Assembly: GCF_001949145.1 (NCBI RefSeq)
Contig: NW_019091360.1
Coordinates: 2,726,864-2,790,863 of the forward strand
Direction of reading: 5' to 3'
Source of the DNA: Acanthaster planci
Taxonomy: Eukaryota
Length of the DNA: 64,000 nucleotides
The notes under the pieces are model-generated. The model was not told the DNA's origin. It did no database searches and was given only the letters and a program-made list of their open reading frames with translations. The first letter of the stretch is position 1. Every line of letters starts with the position of its first letter. Made by a program: the position numbers and the translations under genes. Shown here piece by piece: positions 1 through 14,200 of the stretch.

Positions 1-586
1 TTACAAGAATCTCAACCTGTTGGGGCAGGACACTCAAAATAATGACTCCTCACATCCAGGAAGAGGCTCAGTTTATTACTGAATACCCTCAAAGACAAGG
101 ATTGCTTCTACTAGCCATAACGGATCCACTATTTCCTCAGTCATACATTCCCCATGGTCCTTGTCGAACCTCCATTTCTGATGCCTCCATGTTCAACATG
201 GCACTGGTGGCTGTGGCTAAGACTATCCCTCATGGCCTACTAATGACATCAAAGCCACAGCCACAACATACTGATTTGGACATGTTTGCCCGATATCAAT
301 CAAAGGTGGCAAACCTGTGAGAAATTATCGTAGATGTAACAAAAAGCAACGGACCCCTGGAAGTGTGAAGAAATAGGACTCTCCAAAGATGTTAGAATAT
401 GCTGTCTTATTGTGAATATACTCCATCGGAATTCTCTGTAGTATACAATGAATCTTTTCCCTTTCAATGTGCGTAGTACTCAGTTTATGGTGCAAGCATT
501 TTAATCCCCAAGGGTAAAAATTACTTTTGAAGGGTTAGAATTGGTTATCAAAGGGAAATTTGCCAAGTTGTGAATTAAGGCCCTAC

Positions 587-3500
587 CTCATTCAACGGTA
601 GCTTGGCCTCTTGGGCAATCTCTTCAAACGAGATGCTGCGATTGTCGGCAGGTCGTTTGAAGGTCATCTCCATCAGACACAAAAGGGAGATCTTCTGTCG
701 TAACGGCAGCTCGTTGACTGCCAGGTCAGGCTGTATGGAGTGCAGAATGTGACAAAAAATGCACCATGATGCTCCAAGATCCTATCAAAAATCCAATAGT
801 GGCTTTGGGAAACTAAGTACAACGGAGGGCAGAGCTGAATCACTTAGCTTTGTACAATTTACATGGGGCTTCAACCCTCTCAGCCTTGTGAAAATTTAAT
901 GATGACCCCCCTTAAGTGCATGAAATATTGTGTTGGCGGGATTGAGACTGACCTAAAAATGATGAATGTGCCACTGGTTTCTTTCAGAGTGGAGGATTTG
1001 GTAAGGATCCTAAAGACCAGGAAATGTAGGTTGAAGAATGTACAAACTTCACAACTTAACAATTAAAAAGTTTCCTGCTCAAGAACACAAATTCATTTCC
1101 TAGCTGAAGTCATAGCAACATTAGACAAAAGTTTCAAATGCACAAATCTGTGACAGTAAGTGCTGAAAGCATTGCTGGATTCATCAAGCCCGTATTCTGT
1201 ATAGTTGATGAGTGTTTCAATAATCACAACTAAATACGATAATCTAAAACCCACCTGCTGCTTCCAGACGGCTGACGAAGACTCAAACTGATCCAGGTTG
1301 CCGCTGTTGAATGAATACAGCAAATCGACCAGCCACTTCTTGTTGGAGGCTGTTAGAGACTCCAGGATAGGGTGTGCAAGCTGCCAGGAACAAGAACAGT
1401 CGTCAAAGCTACCCGTATTCCAAACCTTCCAAGATTCTCCAAATAGTCACCAGGCGGATTTGAAAGATTTCTATGGGATTTAGGAAAGCAGACCCCCAGC
1501 CTCTACCACATTACACGGGAACTAACGTCCCTAGAGAGTTTGGACATAAAGAATGAACCGATGGTTTCCTGCATATTGGAGGATTTTGGCGCATTCAGGA
1601 ATTTTCATGAAAAAAAATTAATCACAGGAAGTGTGGGTGATGATGTTGACTTTAACAGCTGTAAAAAGTGATTTCAATGCAGATGGTGTCACAGCTGCAA
1701 AGATTTTTTTTGTTTTTGCATTTCACTGATGGCCCAAATTTAGAATCTACATTTGAAGTTTTGCACAAAGCACATGACCTAGTCCCTCTGAGCACGTGGA
1801 AATGGCAGCAACATTTGGTAACCATCCAAACTAGACACTATCAGTTGAAGTCGGCATCACGCTCACCAGTTCTCCAAAGTTATAGATCCCTTCTCCGAGG
1901 AGAGCAGCGAGGGACAAGTTAAATGCTCGCTCCTTCCTTTCGTCCCCTGAAACAGAAAACCATACAGAACTCTTCACCTTTTGACATGCATGCTTCATAT
2001 ATATCTGCTCTGTTTAGGAATGCAAGAAAGCATGCTTTACATAGCAATGACATCCTTCAGTGGGAACTCGCTGTGTGCGGGCACAGTGTTTATGTTGAGT
2101 TCATCTGAACAATTTCTGTTGGAATGTGCAGTCTTTAATTGTAGACTGGGTACATGCGCGAACCTGGTAGAAGAACTTTTCCCACCAGGCTGTCTCTTCT
2201 TTGCCAGTGAGGGCGCCCTTCTAGCTAGAGTGGATTCACTACAAATGAAAAGCCTCAACAGAGACTTTGCATGGTAGCCATTGTGCGCAGAAGTTCCTTT
2301 GTTCCACAGGGAATCCTCCTTTGTACATACTCTATGGAGCATAAGCAATCGCCTGCAACGTGGCCACTGGCCACCATGCAAAGCCTCAAAATGTTAACTG
2401 TTGGTTTATTAGATTGGCTCTTTGACTTCACACTACCTCTCTGGGTGATTTTTGCAAAAGAAAACTGTCCTGAAACTGTCAAATCCACCACTGTGCAAGA
2501 ATCAAGTTGTTCCTTCTTTTAAAGCTTTGAACTTCGAACAAGTAATGATCCCAAGTAAAGTATTAAAATATGGGCTCTACCTTCTTACATGGAAATCCTA
2601 CAAAGTCTTAGGAAGTCTCTGGATGGATTTCGAAGGCTTTGGGAAGGTTCTACTCACCATCAATATCTTCCAGCTTGGTCACTCCTAGGAACCGGAGGGC
2701 ATCTCGATAGTACTTGGCGTAGTCTCCCATGACCTTGTAGTAGTTACTAGACAGGTTATAGAAGCGGCCGTGAACCGTCGTGATCCCATCCAGGTTGTCT
2801 AACTTCTCCTGTGCCGCTTCGACCAAAACCTGTGTGCAGGGAACCAGACCAGTTTTTAAGCATCAAGACCTGGCAAGTGCTTAGTCAGAACCCACACGTA
2901 GCACTTTTTATCACAAGATTACTGGACAGCATTTAACACTGTTACCCATGATTGCCAGGTGTGATTCCAGGATCTACATGTACATAAACTCTAAGCAGTA
3001 ACTCTAGAGAGTAGGTGATGCAACCAGGTAATCTGGTTTCAGACTTCAATATTGATGTTTATCACCTCTGCCCTAAAAGGCACACATGATACTCCTGGGC
3101 TGGATAAAGCAACCTTTTCCTAAGAATTCTCTCTGTAGTTACAATCAAACTCTCATATCAAGTCATTTATCACTATCACACCAATCAATATTGATAACTC
3201 CCATTTCAACAACTCTACTCATCAAAAGCAAACGCTATCCTCTTAACCCGTGGAGGTGGGGTGACGGTATGTAACAACGATACGAGTGCCAGACTAACCT
3301 TGGTTCCCTCAAGGTCATTGACCCCTAGTTTCATCATGGCCGAGCAGGTCATGCAGAGGATCACCGCCTCCTCGTTGCTCTTGACTTTTTCTTTGATCTT
3401 ATCCAGGAAGGCAAGAGCATCTGGGTAATCTGACAAACACATACCAAGATTTCAGTCAACGCCTGTCAACGACGTCAGGCTTGGGATGGGTAAGATGGCA

Positions 3501-6500
3501 TGGGATTTAAGTTAATGTTTTTTTGTCAAGGTAACGCAGGATACTAACTATCTACAAAATGGTAGTTACTGGAAGTGGGGAAGAGTTCCATATCTGGCCA
3601 ATATTTAGCTTCCTTAATATAACTTGAAAACTACGAAAAGGTGTCTACCCAATGAGGATTGACACTAATTCAGGAGTGACAAAATTCTAAGTTTTCTAGA
3701 AAAATATATAGACTTTTTCTCTCATGGCTGACAGACTTTGTGCTCGAGGTCTCAGGTGGTGGCTGAATACTCTCTTCACTTACTACTTTGGGATATGGTT
3801 TGATCAAGAATATTGTCAGTTTTAGTCTTTTGGGGTCTGGTTTGGCATGGACGAATGGCAGCTCTGTTCATGATTTTTACAGGCCTGGCAATTGACCGTC
3901 ACTTTTGGTGATGAAATGCAGACAGTACAATAGTTACAGTCTTGAAATTGGTCAAAGATGTACGGCAAGAAACAATGTAAAATGTCCAATTGGACAACAA
4001 AGACAGCTCTGTACAGAGTGAAATCCCTCTATAAAGTGTGAGAAAAATCAACACATTACGAAACTGCATAACTAAGGATCACATCCAATATCAACGGTCC
4101 ACTAGAGAGAACTGAGAAATATAGGTCCTGGTATCATACAGGATTCTGAGTTACCTTTGATCTGTTTGACAATAATGATGGCCATCTCTGTCAAGGATAA
4201 TGGATTGATCCGATGCTCAAAGTCACTCAAGAAATTCTCATAGAGCTGAAGAGGGGAGACAGAAATTGTACCAGTGATCAATTGGTAGATGACAGGTAAG
4301 GGGGCTGTGCAGTACTCAACAAATGCAGGTGAGTATAAACCACAGCGTGCCCGATCTTCTGAAGGGTTCCCCCTTTCTAGTGTGAGTCCAGCACAAGACT
4401 TGTGGTTTCACTGCTGGGACAGTACCCCACAATTCAGCTGTCTTACCAATCCAACCACAATGACTGCTCAAGCTGGTCAGTTGGTTAAAACCAGAAAAGC
4501 GAGCAGGGGGATTTGTTTAGGGAGGCTTCACTAAATAGGTGATGAAACAGATTTTTGTTTCATAAATGAGGTCATTTTTCTATTGACGACTCTTCGTACA
4601 TACCTGCAGTAAGCCATCTCCTTCAGCAAAGACTGGGTTCTTGATAAACTTGAGAAGTTTCAACGTTAACTGGTGCCACAGCCTTCAGAGAAAACAAATT
4701 CAATAAAAAGTTTAGATTTTTCTTAGTTTTAGATTTGTAAAGATTTTTTTTACTTGTACGTGTGGGTACAGAGGCCTACAAGTAAATTTCAAACATGTAC
4801 TGCTTGAGTATTATTTTCAGAGCTTTTCATTGAAGTAGTGATGAAGATCTGTGAGGAAGCAAAGCTGTCGATAGGAAAGTGAACCTGAAAGCAATTGTAA
4901 CAGTAACAGTAAGAGACGTGATGGATGTTACCCATTTTGCTGGGCAGGATTTGTTGATCTGCATGGATGATCACTGCTCTGTGGGTAAATCTTGTGTCAT
5001 GATTTGTTGATCCATCGAATGCTGGTCAACTCATACACCGACTAACTCGTACGTAGACCAACTCGTACATAGACCAACTTGTACACCAACCAACTCGTTT
5101 ACAATGTACCAAATTGTAGTATAAGTATCTAGCATGGAACATTACCCAAGCGAACGCAATAACCTATAACATAACATAACTCCGGAAAGGCATCTGCATT
5201 ACATGCCAGGAATAAAAAGCACCCTTTTTTTGCGGAAAATGTCTTTGATGCAATTATACTATAATAATAACAAGCACTTGTAAAGCGCCCTCTATCTAGC
5301 AAACTATTCCGAGGTACTGTATTATCATTACCCCTGCACATTGGGCTCCCACATCATCTGAACATTCCTGAAACCATCTCAACTCCCTGGGGAGTATACT
5401 AGCCTGGTGTGACCATGTATCTCCATGGTGACTGTACTGGCGCATTTGCACTGAGTATTAAACTGGCCCTTGACTCCCATTTAATGGCTAGATGTTTCAC
5501 GACGTTGGGTGACAGGCGATCCGTCCGATGCGCATGCTATTGTTCACTTACCAATTATAGGTGATTGCATAATACAGTGATTGTTGATGCTCCAGTGAGA
5601 AGTCCCAGAAAGTTGCTGCCCTGACAATATTGTCCATATATGTACGACCGTTAACCCTTAGAGGGCTGGGTAGAAATCCACCCGCCCCTGCAGATTTTCT
5701 TCTGATATCGCTGCAGTGCATTTTTTTTCGGGAGCTGAGCCCTTAGGAATATTTAGAGTAACTCTTTGCGGTAATTTTGACTCCAATTTTGTGAAGTCGG
5801 ACATGCTGTTGTGGTGCAGCATGTATTTTTCTGAGACGGGTCAGCCAAAATACATGTATTCTCCGCTGTAGTGGTCAGTGGATGACAAACGTGTTGCTTG
5901 AACTTCAAATGACTGTAACAACAAAAGCATATTTCTGATAGAAATCAAACATTTGTATTGAACAATCATCGTATTTGTAATGATAAGGAATTGTTTATAA
6001 AGCATTTAAGTTTCGAAACAATCGAGCCTGGCACAACTGAGTTGGGGGGGGGGATGAAATCTGCAAACGAGTTGGTTGGCACACGGGTTAACCAAACCTC
6101 ATATGAGTTGGTCGGTGTACGAGTTGGCACAAGCAGGAGTTGACCTGTTCCGGATCCTTCTGCCATCAGCCAATCAACCCAACTCATTTGTTTCTAATTC
6201 ATGGTTCTGGAAGATTCTTTCGAAGAGAGACAGCAGGCCTAAAGATTATGATTTCGCATAGAACCGATTCACAGAGCAGTATATTCGAACAATGCTAAGC
6301 CTAAAGATGGAAAGAGTTCCACATATGGGTGCCAATTGACTTGCACAAGCTCTATGAGACTGGTCTGAAAGATTCCAGGTGTTTTTGAAATAAATGGCTT
6401 GGTATTTTCCCTCCTATCCTAAATTGAACTTTTCTGAACATGTTTGTACTTTCTGACGGCTAATAAGTCACTGTAGGGAATAATTACTGGCTCCATATAC

Positions 6501-7356
6501 ATTTACATGTATGGAACTCTCTCCTGAAAGACTTGTTCATTTTCTTGTTGGGAGTGATGCACTGCCGTTCCCCCACTCATGTGATGATCTTGTGCACGTG
6601 TACTATCAAACAAGATTAACATGATTTGATTGATTCTGGAGCTTTACAGTCACTTCGCCTCATTTCCACTTTGCTCCTTACCACATTCCCCTACCCCACT
6701 TCGTGCCATTTCCACTTGGACAAATCCTTGTTCGAGTGTGTTACAAGCCTCTTAAAATGTGAAGAGAGGGGTTCCCAAAATGGCATGGAGTTATAGAAAA
6801 CCCTACGGTATTCACTTAATGTTGACTGCATGTATGTTTAATTGTCCATGGTGAATGGAATTGTATTGGGTTTATTTCTCATCCTCTTTATTCTAAATTG
6901 CTGAATAGATTCCTGAATGATTCACCCGGCTCATTACTACACAGGTACCTAGATGGGACGTTTTTAAGTCCCCGGAAGCCAACTTCAGAGAAAATGAAAG
7001 TCAATAAAGCAGTTACATATTGATCAGAGTTTTCAACTGCTTTTCACATCCAGTTCAACAGTGGTCCACTGATAATAAGGTTAGATTAATGAATGAAACA
7101 AAAATGAACGTTTCCCCAAGTCTCCTCCTCTTCTTGTCTTTGTTTGGTGTCCGGAAACTGGACTACATTGGGCAATGCTGACTCACACATCACGTTTGCG
7201 AAAAAGGTTTTGATAAGTAAACGCCTGTGTCAAATGAACTACAGACTTGAATACTTACTTTTTATTATACATGTCTTCCATTTCCACCCATTCTGCAGCG
7301 ATTTCTGGGTTGCTTTTCTGCTGCTGCTCCGCCAAAAAGCCCGAAATGTCCTTCAT
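587..7356 (-). CDS. PSMD13: 26S proteasome non-ATPase regulatory subunit 13 (Rpn9), 3'-partial; last exons lie beyond the window start
   Basis: Coding exons in transcription order: 7356-7259, 4682-4604, 4245-4155, 3429-3299, 2829-2658, 1946-1867, 1380-1255, 730-587. All have GT-AG borders and keep frame. Translation [13 protein letters not shown]...[12 protein letters not shown]...[18 protein letters not shown]...[10 protein letters not shown]...[19 protein letters not shown]...[36 protein letters not shown] is recognisably PSMD13. Confidence 0.97.
5024..6145. mobile_element. Non-autonomous DNA element (MITE-like) with GGTCAACTC termini and subterminal tandem repeats, in PSMD13 intron 1
   Basis: Left end ggtcaactc is followed by repeated ccaactcgtac-like units (5024-5100). 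Right end has the inverted units gtacgagttgg and ends gagttgacc (6067-6145). Confidence 0.6.
5261..5430 (-). mobile_element. SINE remnant (central domain and 3' tail)
   Basis: On the minus strand it reads gtatactccccagggagttgagatgg, which from memory resembles a MetaSINE-type central domain. It ends in agagggcgctttacaagtgcttgttattattat, a LINE-derived-type tail with TAT repeats. Family assignment is not database-checked. Confidence 0.45.
7176..7186. promoter_or_regulatory. CNC-sMaf antioxidant response element (ARE) candidate in PSMD13 intron 1
   Basis: TGCTGACTCAC matches the TGCTGASTCAY consensus exactly and lies ~70 bp inside intron 1 of a proteasome gene. Confidence 0.45.
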
Positions 7357-7471
7357 TTTCGCCGATCGTACGTACACACATGCAAATAACGAAGTCCCAA
7401 ACTCTTGGGGGCGCTATTTGCAATTAACAGTGATAAGGTTGCAGTCGTCATCAAATATGCGCCCACAGAAT

Positions 7472-7866
7472 TAGAAAACAGTGCAAAATCAGACCGAAAT
7501 AGCGCCGCCTGTTGACTCTGGTGAAGGGCTTGGCCTCCGTTTTTTTCCACTGGAAATTCAAGATTATGGCCAGAAGATCACTTTTCGTTTCAATTTTATG
7601 AGGGTTAGCCAGGAAAAAAAATTTTATTCGCCTTTCCCCGAAGATACCCCAAATATAGTGGCAAAACTATTCGCTCAGTTCTGAATGTAGCCGGGGCTTT
7701 TTGTGAAAGAAATACCCCAAACTGGAAAGTATCAGTCCCAAATTCGGTATTTATAGAAATATTTATACGATCCCTCCTGATTGTGGTATGTCTTATTATA
7801 AAAAAATACCCGTGGGATCACAAAATATTAATGAGCTCGCGCACGGAAATACAACCATTTGGTGGA
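7472..7866 (+). repeat. Dispersed repeat, copy 1 (probable DNA-transposon fragment), directly upstream of PSMD13
   Basis: Colinear by eye with 30085-30508. Shared blocks include agaaaacagtgcaaaatc, gcgccgcctgttgactct, aaattcaagattatg, ctgaatgtagccg and gagctcgcgc. Confidence 0.85.
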
Positions 7867-8115
7867 TCGAAATTCCAAATTCCATCCACCGACGACCCCA
7901 AAGTAGACCTCATTTCGGATAGAAATTATTGCATTTTATCTCAAAGAATGTAATTGGCTCATTTCTTGTTATGGATTTTAAATGCACAAAACAAAATGTG
8001 GAGCACCTTTTACTGATTTACTCAGTTTTTCAAATTTTTTTTCATAAAATCTAATTCATTAAACAGGAAATAAAGAATAAAACTTCATCAAACTTCTTAC
8101 AAAATGTGTCACCTC

Positions 8116-8121
8116 TTTATT
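8116..8121 (-). terminator. Probable polyadenylation signal of PSMB2
   Basis: AATAAA on the minus strand ~960 nt after the stop, followed downstream by U-rich sequence. Other AATAAA candidates lie near 8435-8452. Confidence 0.4.
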
Positions 8122-9079
8122 ACTTTGCCATACACATTTAGAGGTAAAAACAAGCAAGCCATTTCACAGTTTGAGAAGTCAACTTGACACATTTTTAAAG
8201 GGAAAACACTTTCTACTTCAAATACATCTCTGTACACATTCTGTACCTAGCAAAATTAAGTCGAAAGCAGAACTTTTCTTTAAATGGTCAACCCAACATG
8301 CCATTAAAATGTTCAGAGGAAAACGACGAAGAATACACAACCTAGATTCCTTCTATGGATATTTTGTATATGCCTCATGTAAACCCATACATTTCAAATT
8401 TCAAGTAACAAAAACTCCAAGCAAAATGCTCCATTTATTTCCATCCTTTATTTGGACTCTAAATCATAATCTTCTATTCTTGAGAAGTACTACACATTCG
8501 TATATAATGCTAACCTAACAAAATTCTGTGTTAAACTTCTTCCTGCTTGGGGAGGTGGATTGCTCAACATTGTACAAAAGAATTTTTCTGCAAGCATTAA
8601 TGAGGTTTGCCTTGTCGTCTGGTTGATTCCCAATTGAGATGGTTTACACACATTATATGGATTTGGACAGCATAATGCTTGCTGGAGGAGTCTTGATATA
8701 AATCAAATGTATATAGATTACAAAACAAGAATATGTGTGGCTCCTGCATTTTGATCACAGAATGGTAGATTTGCCTCAAGGTTGACATGTCATCCTCTAC
8801 GTCCAAACATTAAACCCAATGTTCCTGGGCATGTTTGATAGAATCTTTCCCCAGTCCTTCAAAACCATTCCATGGTAGGATCTGGACAAGACAGAGTCTT
8901 TGCACTGGGTTTTTCAAACAGTAACAAGTCCTAAGTACAGTGAAAGTGGTTTGACCTCAACTTCCTCAACACAGCAAAATCCTCCAAAACCTCTTGTCTG
9001 ATTTGGGAGAAACTGGCAGGTGCACATAGACGGCACAGAGAACACAGTGTAAATTAAATATCTCTTCATGGTGAAATCT

Positions 9080-11296
9080 TTAGAGGGACTTTGCTGTTAT
9101 GACCGGCAGGTCATGAATTCCATCCTTGTTGACAACTTTCACCTGGAATGCCGGAAGGTTGATCAAAAACCGCTTTTGCACCTAAAAAAAGAACAGAAAT
9201 TAAAAACAGTGAATTGTCAAATATAAAGCATGTGGTAAATATATTGCTTTCTGCATATATCTTGCAGATATGGCTAGGATTCAAAGGTTGAATAAACCAC
9301 AATTATCAAACCTCTGCTAAACACTTCTTCAGGATATCAAGGGCCTCCTCTTGTTTCAGATCTGTGGACATGAACAAATGAGTCAAATCTTACTAAAAGT
9401 AATTTTTTTTGTAATGAAGTAAGCATATGGCAAGTACAAAAAAAAATTAGCTTTATTCAAGGAAATGTTACATTCCTGTGCTTATATCACACTTCACATT
9501 TGCCACAAAGAGAACCAAAATGCTAGAACGGTGTACGCCCCCTTTTCTGTTAGACTCTACTCCCTAATGATTATCACGGTCTGGTAGCCTACCTTTCCGA
9601 TATAGCCTATCCATGATACTGAGTGTGAACATTGCACCGTAGCCGTGAGCTCCGTAGGGGACCTTGTTGAGTGATGCTAGGTAGTCCATGAAGTAAAGTG
9701 CAGGCCCTTCATTGTCATCGTAGCCTGCCAGAAGCATGTTGACTGCATAGGGGGTCTAGGTCACACATCATAGATATTAATGTACTGTATTTCTGTCTAC
9801 ATTTCTTATGTAGGCAATTATCCATCAATTAACCCTTACTCCTTGAATCATTTTTGCTGGAAATGTTGCTGTTACTTTACATCAAACTTGTTTCTCCAAT
9901 ACGTAACAGTACATACAAATACACCACTGAGTTCTGTTCTGGCAAAGATGGGATTTCTGAAAGGTTTTGGAAGACATGTATTCTAAACAAAGGGAATTTG
10001 GTCGTTTATAAAGTGAAACTTTTAAGGTTACTTTCATAAGTGTGTTATGACATCCAATGTAAGAAATGCCAGAGAATTTTGTACTTCTCTTGAATGCTTA
10101 TCCCAAGGGTTTATGAACGGTGTGTAATGATTGACGAACATGGTTGTGAAGTAGTTACTTACTCTGCTGCGGAGGAAATCTGCCAGATTTTTCCTTGTGA
10201 AGTAAGCTGCTGCATGCGGAGAGAGTTCATATCCTATTGTGAAGGTGAATCAAGAGAATTTTGCATTTAGGTTTTCAGTGCAAACCAAAAATCAGCACAA
10301 AATGTAACAAAACCTAACGTACTGGTATTGCCACAACTTGAAAATTTGTTTCTATCTCACCATTTCTCATTCTGTAGAGTTGGATATTCTTCTGGATGTA
10401 TTCTGCAAACTGCACAGTATCCCCAGTCTCTCCTGCGCACAGCATTAGCAGTTTATCGCTCATTTTGTACATCTTTTCTTGATCTGAAAATGAGACAAAT
10501 TGGAACAAATCAAGACAATACCTTCACATACAATGTAACTGCAAATTCCAAATTATACAGTAACTATTGCATACATTGGAAAGAATTTTGCATCCTGGCT
10601 CTAGCTCAGCGGTAGTGTACAAACTCTATAGGGAGTCAAGAAAATTTTCTCGCCGTATTTTCTTATGTCTTTTTTTTTAGTATTTCTGCACTAACTGACC
10701 TTTATTGAGATCTTACATGATGAAAAAAATGGAGCAAGGATGCAACATTCATGACTTTCTTTCAAAAACAACCCTAAACTTCATGTTAATGACATGTGTG
10801 CCAGTCTGGATAACCAAAATACCACTGCAAGTGCTGTACTTGCTGGTTTCAATCAGCTGATCTGCTCGATAGGCCAACTGCTCGAGGCCTACACAGTCAT
10901 GATGATGATTGGTCGATCAAGCATGTCAAGACTATGAAATTTCTATTTTTTAGCTCCCATTTAGGAAATGATCTTCAGCACTGTAGATTACAAGGGAGAG
11001 GCGATTGGTTGATGATGAAATTATTGACAAATCATGAAAAAGATTGACTAATCATGCAAATGTCGAGTAATCGTGCGAATCGGCCGATTGCGCGTGCCCC
11101 CTACATGACTAGTGTCGAAAATGCACGCATTGTCGTTCTCATCAGTGACATTGCTGGGAAAAAAGTAATTCAAAGCCTCTCGTTTCTCCTAATACGAATA
11201 CTTACCATGCTTCAAAAGAAATACACTACGTCCAGCCGTCATGTCTGAGGCGACTAAGACAAAACCATCGCCCTGTATGCCTATCAAAAACTCCAT
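9080..11296 (-). CDS. PSMB2: Proteasome subunit beta type-2 (beta4), 199 aa, 6 coding exons
   Basis: Exons 11296-11206, 10483-10361, 10233-10163, 9755-9593, 9361-9312, 9181-9080 (600 nt, GT-AG). Translation [18 protein letters not shown]...[78 protein letters not shown]...[33 protein letters not shown]. Confidence 0.98.
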
Positions 11297-14200
11297 TTTC
11301 CTAAGATCGGTTCTAAGTGGCCCGCGTAGTGTGGAGGACTGCACTAGATTAGACTAAAAACAGCACAATCACGACCACACGGCGCCCTCAACGGTGGAGA
11401 AAGTACGAGATGACATGAGCGCGCATTTCTCCAAGTTTTTAACAAAATGTGTCTTTCAGGCTCATTGAAGTAACGTTTCAGCTCAGAAAGTGAATTTCGG
11501 GGCAAGTTCTCTGATTTACAGATTCCACAGATTAAATAACATGAATGCCCAACGGTAAGTGCTTTTCCTTGTTGTATCTGGAAGTTTTAATGAAGAAAAT
11601 AAAGAGGGAAAAATGAGAACAGAACGTCAGACGATATTTGACCAAAGCTCTATCCAGGAGGCTACTCCGTAGTTTGCACAGAACAAAGTGTGGCATTAAC
11701 AATGTAAGTATGCCAGCGGCCACAACTGGCAGAAACTCACACGCTGAACCATAAATTAAGACTCTAACTCAAAGAAAAGCACAGAATTTTTGTTTACAGC
11801 GGTAATTCATCGTTCATCTTGGATATATTAAAAACTTTTTTGAATTAAAGGGGTCATATGGTACGCTACAGTCGACTCTGGTTATTACAAAGTTACCAGG
11901 GACCAAAGTTATTTTGTTAAAGCCAGGACTGTGTTCTTAGAGAAGTGAAAAAAACAAATAACAATATAAAAATTCAGGAAATTAGGATTTTCAAAATCTG
12001 TTATTTATAACAGATTTCAGTTTTAAAAGTGTTCAAGTTTGTATACGAGTGTCCACAATTTTTTTTTTAAATGGAACCAAACCCACCTTTCCATGCATCC
12101 ATACAAGACTGCATTGCTTATTTACAAGCTTTACCAATGTAACATGTTGCAATTTTACCTTTTTTATAGAACATTTCGTACGACAACACTTGTCACTTTG
12201 TACTTCATGTACAGGAATGGCAGATGCGCCGAGCCTCAGTGGGAAAATAATGGTAAAGCACACGTCAAAAGACATGAAAGCTATGAGACATGGTAATTAC
12301 TGTCTACTTTCACTTTCAGTTTATTTCACTTATTTCAAATCAAGGCTGACCAGTGTTTATGATTGGTTCTGGATTTGTCTCCTCACTGGCTACCACTCAA
12401 CCATATATATACAGACAGTGGTCTAGTTCATAAAGTCAGATCAGACCAAAGATTGCAAAGAACCAGCCAATACACACTTCGAATACAGAGAGAAGATTAC
12501 CAGTGAATCAAAGGGGTGAGATTTGTCAGCATTTGTTCTGATTTCCAGGTTTTTTTTTAAACCATCCCTTTTAAAATCTAGAAAACCATACGTTTACCAC
12601 TGAGGTGTTTCTATATACGAAAGTTGATATAGGACGAAAGGGATGGGTATTTTAACAGGTGTTTTTTGGCAAACACAAATTAGACCCTACCCTGCTGGGG
12701 CCTTCAAACGTTCTGGGGATTATGTTGAAGATATTTCATTCCCTCCATTCTCACCCCTGAAATCAAATGTGTTACATTATATTTTTGTTTAGATTTTAAA
12801 TGCCCCAAAGATTTTCATTTGACTTTGCTACACAAATATTACATATGTACAAGTTCTGACGACTTGTTTTCTCAGACTGAGGGTTCTCTAAAATTGTCAA
12901 TTTCTAGAACATCAGTTTTTCACCAGACAGCAAGAATGAGCAATATTGTAGCAGTAAGTCTCTGTCAGTCACTAACTGTCTTCACTAAATTGATGACATT
13001 CTCAATCTAAACAACGTAACGCCATCTACCGGTATGATGGATTCCACATTTCCTTGTCTCGTTTGTCTCAAATCTATGAATACATATTAAAGAATTCAAC
13101 GTTCAAAGCACTTGATCCAAAATATACCAAAGTGAACCACTAAAAATACACATCAGTCAACTGCAGAAAGGTAAACTAAACAAACATTTGGGCAAACTCT
13201 AAGTACAGACTAATACAAACCAGAGTACATAATTTCTGGACGGAAACTAAAGAGAACAAAATACAACAGGTACATTTGTATATAATATCCCAAATCACTA
13301 TGGTGTAACATTAAAAAACGAGGCTGGTTTGAGAACGATTCTCTTTGGGCTAAAATATATGTATTATGGGACAGGGCTGAAGGCAAATACAGTGCCAAAT
13401 ATGACATACATGAACTGTAGGACTGCACTTGCTCCAAGTCACACAGGGTTTAACCTTTACAGTAACTGTCAAATTCATCCAAAAATATCTCAGGGTTTCT
13501 CCTTATAGTAACATGAGAATTTGGCTTCTGTAATTTCTACACACTAAGACGGAATGAATACAGTGCAAAACCTTCTAATCAACTCCTCTTCACTGTTAAG
13601 TATCACAGCCGTCTTTTTGGTTTCTAATACCAGTCTAGCGTAAAGCCATTTTTACTATTAACTTCCAAAATGTATTAAACAGTTAAAGTTCAACTACATG
13701 TACTTGTACATTTTAACCTTCACAGGTGTTTCACTATTTTCAACTTGAATGGCTGGACATGAAATTACTTTCTCCCAGAATAAATGCAGCAAGAACCGGC
13801 ACAAAATAAGCCTGGAATCACATTGTTGTTACTGTTCACACAGACAAGATGTTAATTGAAATAAAATGAATAAAATTATCAAATCGAACTAAACTTAACA
13901 AATAAAATGACACTTCTGAAAAAAATCACTGGTCTTGTCTCCACATAAAGAGACTTCTCTGAATCAACTGAATAACTGTTACTTATGGCATGATACAAAC
14001 ATAACTTTACCGTTAAATTAGAAACTAGAAACAGTGTAAAATGTCACAAAGAAGACAAAAATGATTTTTCTCAAGTTACATGAACATGCAAACACCCATC
14101 CACACACACACAAATGCAATTAAGGGGAAAAAAAGATGTCGAAAACGTTCAAAGGGGACTTTTGACAAGCTACTCAGAGAATTACACCAGAAAATGCAGG

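Noticed and set aside
42..320. 92 aa + strand ORF at the window start
   Set aside because: It lies antisense within a PSMD13 intron, has no recognisable motif, and does not encode the expected next PSMD13 exon.
5651..6091. piggyBac-like element (TTAA-CCC ... GGG-TTAA)
   Set aside because: The ends match only over CCC/GGG, with no extended TIR.
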